Source: a candidate division WOR-3 bacterium
GTDB taxonomy: Bacteria > Hydrothermota > Tepidihabitantia > Tepidihabitantales > Tepidihabitantaceae
Direction: 5' to 3'
DNA: 56,809 bases
NCBI GenBank assembly: GCA_965648935.1
Contig: CBFGIY010000004.1
Location: 1 to 56,809 of the forward strand
The notes beneath the pieces are model-generated. The model was not told where the DNA came from. It worked only from the letters and a program-made list of their open reading frames with translations, and made no database searches. Below, piece by piece: positions 43,702 through 51,727 of this stretch (the stretch's first letter is position 1; every line of letters begins with the position of its first letter). Position numbers and translations under genes: made by a program.

Positions 43702-44530
43702 CTATCACGTTCATCCCGGCTTCTCGCCCGATGCCGCCGGCGACCTGGGCGAATTCTGTGACCGGGCGGTCCGCATCGGGCTGTCCGAGCTGTGTTTCAC
43801 GACACACTATGAACCCGACCCCGCGCGAGCCGGCCGGGAATGGGTCAATGTCGCCGGGCAACGCGTGTCCATGCAGGCTGGCTGGGTTGAGCGCTATCTG
43901 TCCGAGATTGACGCTCTGCGCGGACGTTACAGGTCGCTAGTGATTCTGGCCGGCGTTGAGGTAGGTTATGAGCCGGGCCTGGAGGAAGCGATACGAAGCT
44001 TCGTCGTATGCCATCCGTTCGACTTCGTCATCGGCGCGGTACACGCACTTGACCACGTCGCCCTCACGTCTGGAGAGGAGGTTGACGACTTCAAGCGGGT
44101 GCATGGACAGCGCTCTCCGCATGAGGTCGCAGCGCAGTACCTCGGCCATCTTGCCGCACTCGCTGAGAGCCGGCTCTTTGACAGCGTTGCCCACCTGGAC
44201 GTCTATCGCAAGTACCTCCAGACAGTCTATGACGAACGATTCGCAGTCGCTCTGAAAGCGCAGCTTCCGGGCTTCCTTGCTCGTCTGGCCGCGTCCGGCT
44301 GTGCCCTTGAGGTGAATACCTCGGCGTTGCGGCGCGGCTCGGCCGAGCCATACCCGGCATGGGCCATAGTGGACCAGGCTCGTGCGGCCGGGGTCGAGCG
44401 GTACACGGTCGGCAGCGATGCCCATCGGCCGGAAGATGTCGGTCAGGGCATTGAGCTCGCGATCGACGGCCTTCTGAACCGAGGGCTTCGGCCGGCGCGC
44501 TTCAGGCGGCGCCGTATACTGCCAGACTAA
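43694..44530 (+). CDS. PHP-domain phosphoesterase (histidinol-phosphatase HisJ family-like)
   Basis: (M)VDYHVHPGFSPDA...CFTTHYE...GVEVGY...GAVHAL...SVAHLD...GSDAH metal-ligand pattern. GTG 43694 overlaps the upstream stop. Confidence 0.75.
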   Translation: MVDYHVHPGFSPDAAGDLGEFCDRAVRIGLSELCFTTHYEPDPARAGREWVNVAGQRVSMQAGWVERYLSEIDALRGRYRSLVILAGVEVGYEPGLEEAIRSFVVCHPFDFVIGAVHALDHVALTSGEEVDDFKRVHGQRSPHEVAAQYLGHLAALAESRLFDSVAHLDVYRKYLQTVYDERFAVALKAQLPGFLARLAASGCALEVNTSALRRGSAEPYPAWAIVDQARAAGVERYTVGSDAHRPEDVGQGIELAIDGLLNRGLRPARFRRRRILPD

Positions 44531-44575
44531 GCTGCCTTCGAGTCTGCTGCTGCCGGCAGTCTCCGGTCAGCGCTG

Positions 44576-44603
44576 TTGACTTGGCAGGCACCCGAACTAG
44601 AAT
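44576..44603 (+). promoter_or_regulatory. promoter of the DUF2229/activase/Memo-AMMECR1 operon, ATG 6 nt after the -10
   Basis: TTGACT (44576-44581), N16, TAGAAT (44598-44603), tcgctg, then ATG 44610. There is no SD. Confidence 0.6.
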
Positions 44604-44609
44604 TCGCTG

Positions 44610-45497
44610 ATGCGAGTTGGACTGCCACGGGCACTGCTGTATCATCGTTACGGCAGGTTCTGGGAGCACTTCCTGACCGGGCTCGGCGCCGAGGTCGTCG
44701 TGAGCCGACCGACCGACAAGCTGCTGCTGCAGGCCGGCGTCGGGCTCGTCCCCAGCGAGGTCTGCCTCCCGATCAAGATCGCCGCCGGGCACATCGCTGA
44801 CCTTGCCGACAAGGTCGATGCGGTCTTCCTGCCGCGGCTGATGTGGCTCGAGGACAGTCTGTATGCGTGCCCCAAGATGATCGGCATAGTGGACATCGCC
44901 CGGATGATACTCAAGGGAGGCACACGGCTCATAGCACCGGTGGTGAAGGGCGACTTCGCGGGGCCGCATCTTGCCGCCGGTCTGGCGCTGAGCCGCAGTC
45001 CGCTGCGCGTCGCCGGCGCCTACCGGCGTTCGCGGCACCTTATCAACGGCAACCGGTCGTTGCCTGAACTCCCGGCCGGCGAGAAGCGCGTTGCGGTGAT
45101 CGGCCACTTCTACAACGTCCTGGACGAATACGTGTCGCGGGTAATCATTGACACCTTCCGCACCCATGGCTACAGGACGCTCACCAAGGACGACCTGCCC
45201 GAGAGCTTGTTGCACAGCCGGGCCGGTTTCGCAACCAATATCCGCTGGGTGTACGAGCGCCAGCTCTACAACGCATTTCGATACCTGGTCGACAAGGTCG
45301 CCGGCGTCTGCGTGATCGTGTCAATGGGTTGTGGCCCTGATTCCCTGGTCGCCGAGTTCATGAATGACGAGGCGCGCGCGCTGGGGGTGCCGTTCATGCA
45401 GCTGGTGCTTGATGAACATACCGGCGCCGCAGGGCTGATAACGCGTATCGAGGCCTTCATAGAACTGGCGCAGCGGCGCGGCCGCAGAGCGGCGTAA
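44610..45497 (+). CDS. acyl-CoA dehydratase activase-related protein (DUF2229-like), part 1
   Basis: MRVGLPRALLYHRYGRFWEHFLTGLGAEVVVSRPT...EVCLPIKIAAGHI...CPKMIG resembles the uncharacterised domain normally fused to BcrAD/HgdC-type activases. Confidence 0.6.
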   Translation: MRVGLPRALLYHRYGRFWEHFLTGLGAEVVVSRPTDKLLLQAGVGLVPSEVCLPIKIAAGHIADLADKVDAVFLPRLMWLEDSLYACPKMIGIVDIARMILKGGTRLIAPVVKGDFAGPHLAAGLALSRSPLRVAGAYRRSRHLINGNRSLPELPAGEKRVAVIGHFYNVLDEYVSRVIIDTFRTHGYRTLTKDDLPESLLHSRAGFATNIRWVYERQLYNAFRYLVDKVAGVCVIVSMGCGPDSLVAEFMNDEARALGVPFMQLVLDEHTGAAGLITRIEAFIELAQRRGRRAA

Positions 45498-45506
45498 CCG
45501 GGTCTG

Positions 45507-46556
45507 ATGAAGGCCAGCTTCCCGTGGCTCGGCTATGACACCTATGCGCTCAAGACGTTTCTCGAGGAGCTGGGCGCCGAGGTCATCCTGCCGCCGGCGA
45601 ACTCGAAGCGCACGCTCGAGCTCGGCGTGCTCCATTCACCCGAGCTCATCTGCATGCCGTTCAAGATCACGCTCGGCAACTTCCTTGAGGCGCTCGACTG
45701 CGGTGCCGACACGCTGTTCATGGCCGCGGGAGCCCGCAAGTGCCGGTTCGGGTACTACCACTACCTCCAGGACCGCGCTTTGAACCGTCTGGGCAGAGCG
45801 TGTCGGTTTGTTCCGGTAACGCAGTACTCGCCGTTCGAGTTCGTCTTCCGGCTGATGCCCGGCGTCATGGGTGTTACGCCGCTGCGGGTTCTGCGGGCGC
45901 TGTTGTTGATGATCGAGAAGAGCAGGCTCACCCAGGACTTTCGTGAGCTTCTTAACCGGCGACGCGCGGTCGACTTCGCGGGTGCGGAGCGCGCCAAAGG
46001 TGAGGCACTGGCGCTCATCGACGGCGCCCGAACCCATCGTCAGATGCGCACAGCCCGACGCGAGGTTCGCGCGATGTTTCCCGCGAGCGGCCGTTCTCCT
46101 GCGCTCAGGGTTGCGCTCGTCGGCGAGATCTACTTCATGATCGAGCAGTTCGCCAATCAGGAGATAGAGAAGGAACTGGGCAGGCTAGGAGTTGAGGTGC
46201 TGTTCGAGCGGAGCCTGTACCGGCATCTGCGCCACCTGCTTGGAATAGACCCGCGCTTTCGGCGGTCCGAGCGGCTCGCCAGACGCTACCTGCAAGAGTC
46301 GCCGGGGGGCGAGGCGATGAGGACGGTAGGCGAGGCCGTGCATTACGCCGAGATCGGGGTGGACGGTATCGTACACGTCTTTCCATTCACGTGTATGCCG
46401 GAAAACATCGCGCTTGAGGCCCTGCAGAAGCTTGCCGAAGACTCCGGGGTGCCGGTCCTGTCGCTGTCCTTTGACGAGCACGCGTCACGCACCGGCCTTC
46501 TGACGCGACTGGAGGCTTTTGTCGACCTGCTGAAACGGAGAAAGCGAATTGGCTAA
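45507..46556 (+). CDS. acyl-CoA dehydratase activase-related protein (DUF2229-like), part 2
   Basis: FPWLGYDTYALKTFLEELGAEVILPP...ELICMPFKITLGNFLEAL has the same architecture as the preceding gene. The C-terminus FPFTCMPE...LSFDEH...RLEAF parallels the C-terminus of part 1 (MGCGPDS...LVLDEH...RIEAF). Confidence 0.6.
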   Translation: MKASFPWLGYDTYALKTFLEELGAEVILPPANSKRTLELGVLHSPELICMPFKITLGNFLEALDCGADTLFMAAGARKCRFGYYHYLQDRALNRLGRACRFVPVTQYSPFEFVFRLMPGVMGVTPLRVLRALLLMIEKSRLTQDFRELLNRRRAVDFAGAERAKGEALALIDGARTHRQMRTARREVRAMFPASGRSPALRVALVGEIYFMIEQFANQEIEKELGRLGVEVLFERSLYRHLRHLLGIDPRFRRSERLARRYLQESPGGEAMRTVGEAVHYAEIGVDGIVHVFPFTCMPENIALEALQKLAEDSGVPVLSLSFDEHASRTGLLTRLEAFVDLLKRRKRIG

Positions 46557-47502
46557 GGGATTCCTGGGCATCGATGTCGGCTCGATATCTACCAAGGGCG
46601 TAGTCCTCGATAGCTCGTATCGCGTTGTCGCCGAGCGCTACCTGCGAACTCAGGGGAACCCGATCAACTCGATTCGTCGGCTGCTGCGTGAGCTGGGCGA
46701 GGCAACCGACCCGGCGCTGCAGATAGCCGGCGCGGGCACCACCGGCTCTGCCCGGCGGCTGGCCGGCGTGATGATCCGGGCCGACATCGTCAAGAACGAG
46801 ATCATTGCCCACGCTGTTGCTGCAGGTCACTTCCACCCCGACGTTCAGACCGTGCTTGAGATCGGCGGTCAGGACTCCAAGATCATCATCCTGCGTGACG
46901 GCATCCCGGTTGACTTCGCGATGAACACCGTCTGCGCTGCGGGGACCGGGAGTTTTCTCGACCACCAGGCGACACGTCTCGGCATTCCGATCGACGAGTT
47001 CGGAGGCCGGGCGCTGAAGGCCGTGAACCGCGTCAACATTGCCGGCCGTTGCACGGTATTTGCCGAGAGCGACATGATTCACAAGGCGCAGTTGGGCATC
47101 GCGACCGAGGACATACTGGCCGGTCTGTGCGATGCCATCGTGCGCAACTACCTCAACACCGTTGCCAAGGGCAAGGAAATCAGGCCGCGGATTCTGTTTC
47201 AGGGCGGCGTGGCGGCCAACGTCGGAGTGCGCCGTGCCTTCGAGACCGCACTCGGACATGAGGTCACAATCCCCGACCACTTTCTCGTGATGGGCGCGGT
47301 TGGCGCGGCGATGCTGGCGGCCGAGGAGGTAGGTTCGACAAGCTCAACCTTCGCCGGATTCGAGGCTGCGGCAGTCGATTTTCAGAGCCGGGCATTTGAG
47401 TGTGACGGTTGCCCGAACCGCTGCGAGGTTGTCGAGACACTGCGATCCGCGGAGGTCATCGACCGCTACGGTGACCGATGCGGCAAGTGGTCGCGGGCAT
47501 GA
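46549..47502 (+). CDS. BcrAD/BadFG/HgdC-type ATPase (CoA-substrate-specific enzyme activase)
   Basis: FLGIDVGSISTKGVVLD, GAGTTGSARRL, EIIAHAVAA, VLEIGGQDSKII, NTVCAAGTGSFLD and GRCTVFAESD form an ASKHA fold with the cluster-bridging Cys positions. TTG start with an 8-nt overlap. Confidence 0.85.
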   Translation: MAKGFLGIDVGSISTKGVVLDSSYRVVAERYLRTQGNPINSIRRLLRELGEATDPALQIAGAGTTGSARRLAGVMIRADIVKNEIIAHAVAAGHFHPDVQTVLEIGGQDSKIIILRDGIPVDFAMNTVCAAGTGSFLDHQATRLGIPIDEFGGRALKAVNRVNIAGRCTVFAESDMIHKAQLGIATEDILAGLCDAIVRNYLNTVAKGKEIRPRILFQGGVAANVGVRRAFETALGHEVTIPDHFLVMGAVGAAMLAAEEVGSTSSTFAGFEAAAVDFQSRAFECDGCPNRCEVVETLRSAEVIDRYGDRCGKWSRA

Positions 47503-47573
47503 GCTGTTCGGGCTGGCTGAAGCTGGCGGTGCTGGTAGTGGCGGGCGCGGCCTGTGCCGGTCCAAAGGAGGGC

Positions 47574-48962
47574 ATGATGGTCAGAAAGCCGGTTGTGGCC
47601 GGTCAGTTCTATCCGGGCGATTCCGCGCAACTGGCGGCCGAGGTTGATGCGATGCTCGCGGCGGTGGAGCGACCGGCGGTCAGCGGAAGTCCAGTTGCGA
47701 TTCAGGTCCCGCACGCAGGCTATCAGTTTTCCGGGCCCACTGCGGCGCATGCTTTTCGGCTGCTGACAGGTCTCGACTCTGTAACGATCGTGATGCTCGG
47801 GCCGAGTCACAGAGCGATGATCGACCGGGCCGCGGTATGGTCGCGCGGGGCGTGGCGCACGCCGCTCGGCGACGTCCCGGTCGACGAGCAGTTCGCGGCG
47901 CGGCTGCTCGAAGCCGAGTCATTCTGTGCAGAACTGCCCCAGGCGCACGCTCTGGAACACTCGCTTGAGGTCCAGCTGCCGTTCCTGCAGCGGACTCTGC
48001 GGCACTTCGCGATTGTGCCGGTGATGCTGCTTGAGCCCAGTTACGATGAGTGCGAGCGTCTCGGACGGGCGATCGTGACTGCTGCACAAGGACAGCGCAC
48101 GCTCGTGCTGGCTTCGACAGACCTCTATCACGGTTACTCCTATGTCGAGGCGCGCCGGTACGATAGCACAACCCTGCGGAACGTGGTGGGGCTTGAACCA
48201 CGGCGGCTGTACGACGCCCTGGCGACCGGAGATGCCCAGGCCTGTGGTGGCTATCCGGTTGTCGTGGCGATCCTTGCTGCACGCGGTCTGGGCGCGGACA
48301 CGGCGGCGCTCCTGGCTCAGACCAACTCCAACGATGTCACCGGCGAGCGGGGCGGCTATTGCGTCGGGTACAGCGCTGTCGCCTTCCTGCGGGCCGGGTC
48401 CGACAGGACTGACGAACTGACACGCGATGAGCAGAAGGCGTTGCTGACTCTGGCGCGACAGTCCATCGAGAGCCGACTGCGCGGCGGCAGCCCCGCACCG
48501 TCAAGCGGTCATTCGGCACGGTTCGCCGAGAAGCGAGGCGTGTTCGTGACGCTGCACCGCAAGGGTGAGCTGCGCGGGTGCATCGGTTACCCTGAGGCGG
48601 TCAAGCCGCTGGGCGAGGCGGTCAGGGAGATGGCCGTCGCGGCCGCGACCGAGGACCCGCGCTTCGTGCCGGTCTCAGCAGACGAGCTTGGGGACATTGA
48701 TATTGAGATAACAGTCTTGTCGCCGTTGTTTCCGATCACGCCCGAGGCAGTCCAAGTCGGCGTTCACGGGCTGGTGATAAGGAAGGCAGGCCGTTCCGGG
48801 CTGCTTCTGCCTCAGGTGCCGGTGGAGCAGGGCTGGAACCGCGAGGAATACCTGGCGGGAGTCTGCCTCAAGGCCGGGCTGCCGCCTGACGCCTGGCGAG
48901 CGCCCGATGCCCGGCTGTTTGGATTCACCGGCCAGGTGTTCGGCGAACGGGACAGCGAGTGA
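47574..48962 (+). CDS. fusion of AmmeMemoRadiSam system protein B (Memo-like) and protein A (AMMECR1)
   Basis: The N-terminal half has VRKPVVAGQFYPG, VPHAGYQFSGPTAA, MLGPSH, EHSLEVQLPFLQ and STDLYH. The C-terminal half has GVFVTLHRKGELRGCIGY and HGLVIRKAGRSGLLLPQV. AAAGGAGGG (47564-47572) precedes ATG 47574/47577. An upstream ATG at 47499 is possible but would add a non-homologous hydrophobic extension. Confidence 0.85.
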   Translation: MMVRKPVVAGQFYPGDSAQLAAEVDAMLAAVERPAVSGSPVAIQVPHAGYQFSGPTAAHAFRLLTGLDSVTIVMLGPSHRAMIDRAAVWSRGAWRTPLGDVPVDEQFAARLLEAESFCAELPQAHALEHSLEVQLPFLQRTLRHFAIVPVMLLEPSYDECERLGRAIVTAAQGQRTLVLASTDLYHGYSYVEARRYDSTTLRNVVGLEPRRLYDALATGDAQACGGYPVVVAILAARGLGADTAALLAQTNSNDVTGERGGYCVGYSAVAFLRAGSDRTDELTRDEQKALLTLARQSIESRLRGGSPAPSSGHSARFAEKRGVFVTLHRKGELRGCIGYPEAVKPLGEAVREMAVAAATEDPRFVPVSADELGDIDIEITVLSPLFPITPEAVQVGVHGLVIRKAGRSGLLLPQVPVEQGWNREEYLAGVCLKAGLPPDAWRAPDARLFGFTGQVFGERDSE

Positions 48963-48974
48963 TTCGGCTGACGA

Positions 48975-49002
48975 TTGACACGCCGCATGACTGACCTATC
49001 AT
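48975..49002 (+). promoter_or_regulatory. promoter, ATG 7 nt after the -10
   Basis: TTGACA (48975-48980), N16, TATCAT (48997-49002), cgcgcat, then ATG 49010. It starts 13 nt after the Memo-AMMECR1 stop. Confidence 0.55.
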
Positions 49003-49009
49003 CGCGCAT

Positions 49010-49546
49010 ATGAGCGCGAATCAAGAAACTGAGCGATTTGCCCAACTCGCCGGGCTTGACCGGGGGCAGCTTGTTGACCTCCTGCAGGATGCGGCCAAGA
49101 ACTGGCTCGCCCACGACGGGCTGTGGTTTCAGGCGGTCGAGCGTGCGCACGGGATGGATGCGGCGATAGCGGCAGATACCGAGGCGTGGCGCAGGTTCAC
49201 CGAGGTTGAGGCGAAGCGGATAATGCAGCGCCACGGTATCGCGCCGGGCGGGGGCATTCCCGCGCTGGTTCGTGCGCTGTCCTACCGCCTCTACGCGTAC
49301 ATCAACGAGCAGTTGGTGGTTGAGCAGGATGACCGGCGCGTGGTTTTCCGGATGGTCGATTGCCGCGTTCAGTCGGCCCGCAAGCGGCGCGGTCTGCCCG
49401 ACTTTCCGTGCAAGTCAGTAGGCCTGGTCGAGTATGCGGGCTTCGCCCGGACAATCGACGAGCGCATCAGGACGCGTTGCCGGCACTGCCCGCCCGATGC
49501 GCATCCTGACGACTCCTGGTGCGAGTGGGAGTTCTACCTCGAGTGA
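49010..49546 (+). CDS. hypothetical cytosolic Cys-rich protein (ATC-hydrolase/DUF6125-like by resemblance)
   Basis: 178 aa. WLAHDGLWFQAVE near the N-terminus and a C-terminal Cys pattern DC...FPC...RCRHC...WCEW. The family call rests on memory only. Confidence 0.4.
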   Translation: MSANQETERFAQLAGLDRGQLVDLLQDAAKNWLAHDGLWFQAVERAHGMDAAIAADTEAWRRFTEVEAKRIMQRHGIAPGGGIPALVRALSYRLYAYINEQLVVEQDDRRVVFRMVDCRVQSARKRRGLPDFPCKSVGLVEYAGFARTIDERIRTRCRHCPPDAHPDDSWCEWEFYLE

Positions 49547-49548
49547 GT

Positions 49549-50244
49549 GTGCGGTCGAGGGCAAGGGGCGGGGCGTCGCTTGGCCCGGAACACGACCGGC
49601 CGCGGGAGCGTCTTGCCCGACTTGGTCCCGCCGCGCTGAGTGAGGTGGAGCTGCTCGCGGTCATCATCAGCAGCGGTTCGAAGAGGACTCCCGTGCTGGA
49701 CCTGTCGCGTGCACTGATCAGTCAGTTCGGGTCGGTTGCCGGCGTCGGCCGCGCGACGCTCGAAGAGCTGGAACAGGTGCCCGGCATCAAGCGCGCCAAG
49801 GCCGCGAAGATCGTCGCCGCGTTCGAGCTCGCGCGGCGGGGCGAAACCGAGTTCGCCTGTCGGGAACGGCAGGACCTGAGCGACGCGGCAAGCGCGGCGC
49901 GGCTGATGCGGTCGATTCTCAATGACTGGGACAAGGAGTGCTTCTGTTCCTTCTATCTGGACACCCGCAACCGGCTGCTGGGGCATGACAGGGTTTCGGT
50001 CGGCAGCCTCGACGCCACCCTGGCCCACCCCCGCGAGGTTTTCGAGAAAGCGGTTCGCGCCAAGGCGGCATCGGTTGTGGTCTGTCACAATCACCCTTCA
50101 GGCGACCCGACGCCGTCGGATGACGACGTGCGCCTGACGCGGCGGCTGGCCGAGGCGGGCAAGATACTTGGTATCCGCCTGCTTGACCATATCGTCGTCG
50201 CCCGAGACGCGCACTACAGCTTCCGCGCTCACGCACTGGTCTGA
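49549..50244 (+). CDS. radC: RadC-family (JAB/MPN) protein
   Basis: RPRERLARLGPAALSEVELLAVII, an HhH segment (LEELEQVPGIKRAKAAKI), and the JAMM-like VVCHNHPSGDPTPSDDDVRLTRRL. The start could be GTG 49549 or 49543. Confidence 0.88.
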   Translation: MRSRARGGASLGPEHDRPRERLARLGPAALSEVELLAVIISSGSKRTPVLDLSRALISQFGSVAGVGRATLEELEQVPGIKRAKAAKIVAAFELARRGETEFACRERQDLSDAASAARLMRSILNDWDKECFCSFYLDTRNRLLGHDRVSVGSLDATLAHPREVFEKAVRAKAASVVVCHNHPSGDPTPSDDDVRLTRRLAEAGKILGIRLLDHIVVARDAHYSFRAHALV

Positions 50245-50249
50245 CTGCA

Positions 50250-51053
50250 ATGGCCAAACGGAGAACAGCGCGTGACCGTCGGCGCGAGCCGGCCGCCTCT
50301 TCTTTTCCCATCGACAAGGTCGGCGTCAGGGGTCTGCGTTACCCGGTCGTCCTGCTGGACAAGGCACACCGGCGTCAGCACACAGTTGCGCTCATTAACA
50401 TGTACGTCGACCTGCCGCAGCAGTTCCGCGGGACCTATATGGGCCGGTTCGTCGATATCCTCAACCGGTATCACCGCGAAATCGATATCCACAAGCTGGG
50501 TTCGATACTGCGCGACATCCGCAGCGAGCTCGAGGCGCGGTCGGCGCACCTCGAGATGGATTTCCCATACTTCATCGAGAAGCGCGCGCCGGTCACGGGT
50601 GCGGTGGGTCTGATGGACTACCGCTGCACGATCGTCGCCAGCCTTGCCGAGCGCTTCCGGCTCAGGCTCGGGTCGGCGGTCCCTGTGGCAACGCTCTGCC
50701 CCTGTTCCAAGGATATGGTCGAGGTCTCCGCCCACAACCAGCGGGCCGAGATACGAGTGGCGGTCGAGTTCCGCGACTTCCTCTGGCTCGAGGACCTGAT
50801 CGAGATAGCCGAGGGCTGCGGTTCGAGCGAGGTCTACTCGCTGCTCAAGCGCGAGGATGAGCGGCATCTCACCGCACAGGCCTTTGAGAATCCCGCGTTC
50901 GTCGAGGACGTCGCGCGCAAGGTCGCCCAGCGACTGCGCGACCACCCGCTGGTCACGGGTTTCGAAGTCGGCGTCGAGAGTTACGAGTCGATTCACAACC
51001 ACGACGTCTACGCCTACATAGCGCGGTTTCCCAAACACAAGGAAGGCGAGTGA
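50250..51053 (+). CDS. folE2: GTP cyclohydrolase FolE2/MptA family (GCYH-IB)
   Basis: IDKVGVRGLRYPVVLLD...VALINMYVDLPQQFRGTYMGRF...LCPCSK...SAHNQRAEIRV. Confidence 0.8.
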   Translation: MAKRRTARDRRREPAASSFPIDKVGVRGLRYPVVLLDKAHRRQHTVALINMYVDLPQQFRGTYMGRFVDILNRYHREIDIHKLGSILRDIRSELEARSAHLEMDFPYFIEKRAPVTGAVGLMDYRCTIVASLAERFRLRLGSAVPVATLCPCSKDMVEVSAHNQRAEIRVAVEFRDFLWLEDLIEIAEGCGSSEVYSLLKREDERHLTAQAFENPAFVEDVARKVAQRLRDHPLVTGFEVGVESYESIHNHDVYAYIARFPKHKEGE

Positions 51054-51664
51054 GAACGCTGTTGATTGACTGCTACAGACGGGACGGGGCGTGGCGGATG
51101 GAGTTCTATCGCTCGATGATCCGACCCCATTCCGAGTGCGTGACGGTGAACGCCGGCTCGCTTCACCCGAGTTTCGACGCAAGCGGCTGCCACTGCGTCG
51201 TGATCAGCGGTTCGCAGGCGATGCTGGGCAGCGAGGAGCCGGAGCCGGGCCTGGCCGGGTTCGTCCAACGCTTGCGCGTCCCGACGCTGGGCATCTGTTT
51301 CGGGCACCAGTTGCTGGCCCGGGCGTTCGGCGGCCGGGTCCTTTCAGGCAGCCTGATCGAGCGGTTCGAAACGGTCAGGCTGCATCGTCCCGGGCCGCTG
51401 TTTGAGGGTCTGGGCAGTGAGGTCAGCGTGCTTGAAAGCCACAGGGAGTTTGTCGAGCCGGGCTCGATAGGGCAGGCCGGATGGAAGGTGTTCGCGGCGT
51501 CCGACTCCTGCCCGGTCGAGGCGATGCATCATCCGCTGCTGCCTCTGTTCGGGGTCCAATGCCACCCGGAGCGCTCGGGCGATATCGGGCGGCGCATCTT
51601 CGCCAACTTCTACAACAACGTCGTGCTGTCGTGGCTGGCGCGGCGGTTCTCGCACGACACCTAG
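51050..51664 (+). CDS. class I glutamine amidotransferase-like protein
   Basis: VPTLGICFGHQLLARAFGG (nucleophile elbow Cys) and FGVQCHPE (His/Glu). GTG start with a GTGA overlap onto folE2. Confidence 0.8.
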   Translation: MRTLLIDCYRRDGAWRMEFYRSMIRPHSECVTVNAGSLHPSFDASGCHCVVISGSQAMLGSEEPEPGLAGFVQRLRVPTLGICFGHQLLARAFGGRVLSGSLIERFETVRLHRPGPLFEGLGSEVSVLESHREFVEPGSIGQAGWKVFAASDSCPVEAMHHPLLPLFGVQCHPERSGDIGRRIFANFYNNVVLSWLARRFSHDT

Positions 51665-51680
51665 GCAGGGCAGAGTCAGA

Positions 51681-51719
51681 GCGCCGCGGCAGGCAGTCGC
51701 CGCGGCGCCTTTGTTTCTT
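51681..51719 (+). terminator. intrinsic terminator
   Basis: A 10-bp stem gcgccgcggc / gccgcggcgc with loop aggcagtc, then the T-rich tail ctttgtttctt. It lies between convergent genes. Confidence 0.7.
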
Positions 51720-51727
51720 GGCCGGAG

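Noticed and set aside
47499-47573. Upstream ATG 47499 (ATGA overlap with the activase stop), giving the Memo-AMMECR1 fusion a hydrophobic, signal-like N-terminus
   Set aside because: The Memo homology begins at VRKPVVAGQFYPG right after ATG 47574/47577, which has a strong AAAGGAGGG SD. The extension has no good lipobox. It is kept only as an alternative start.
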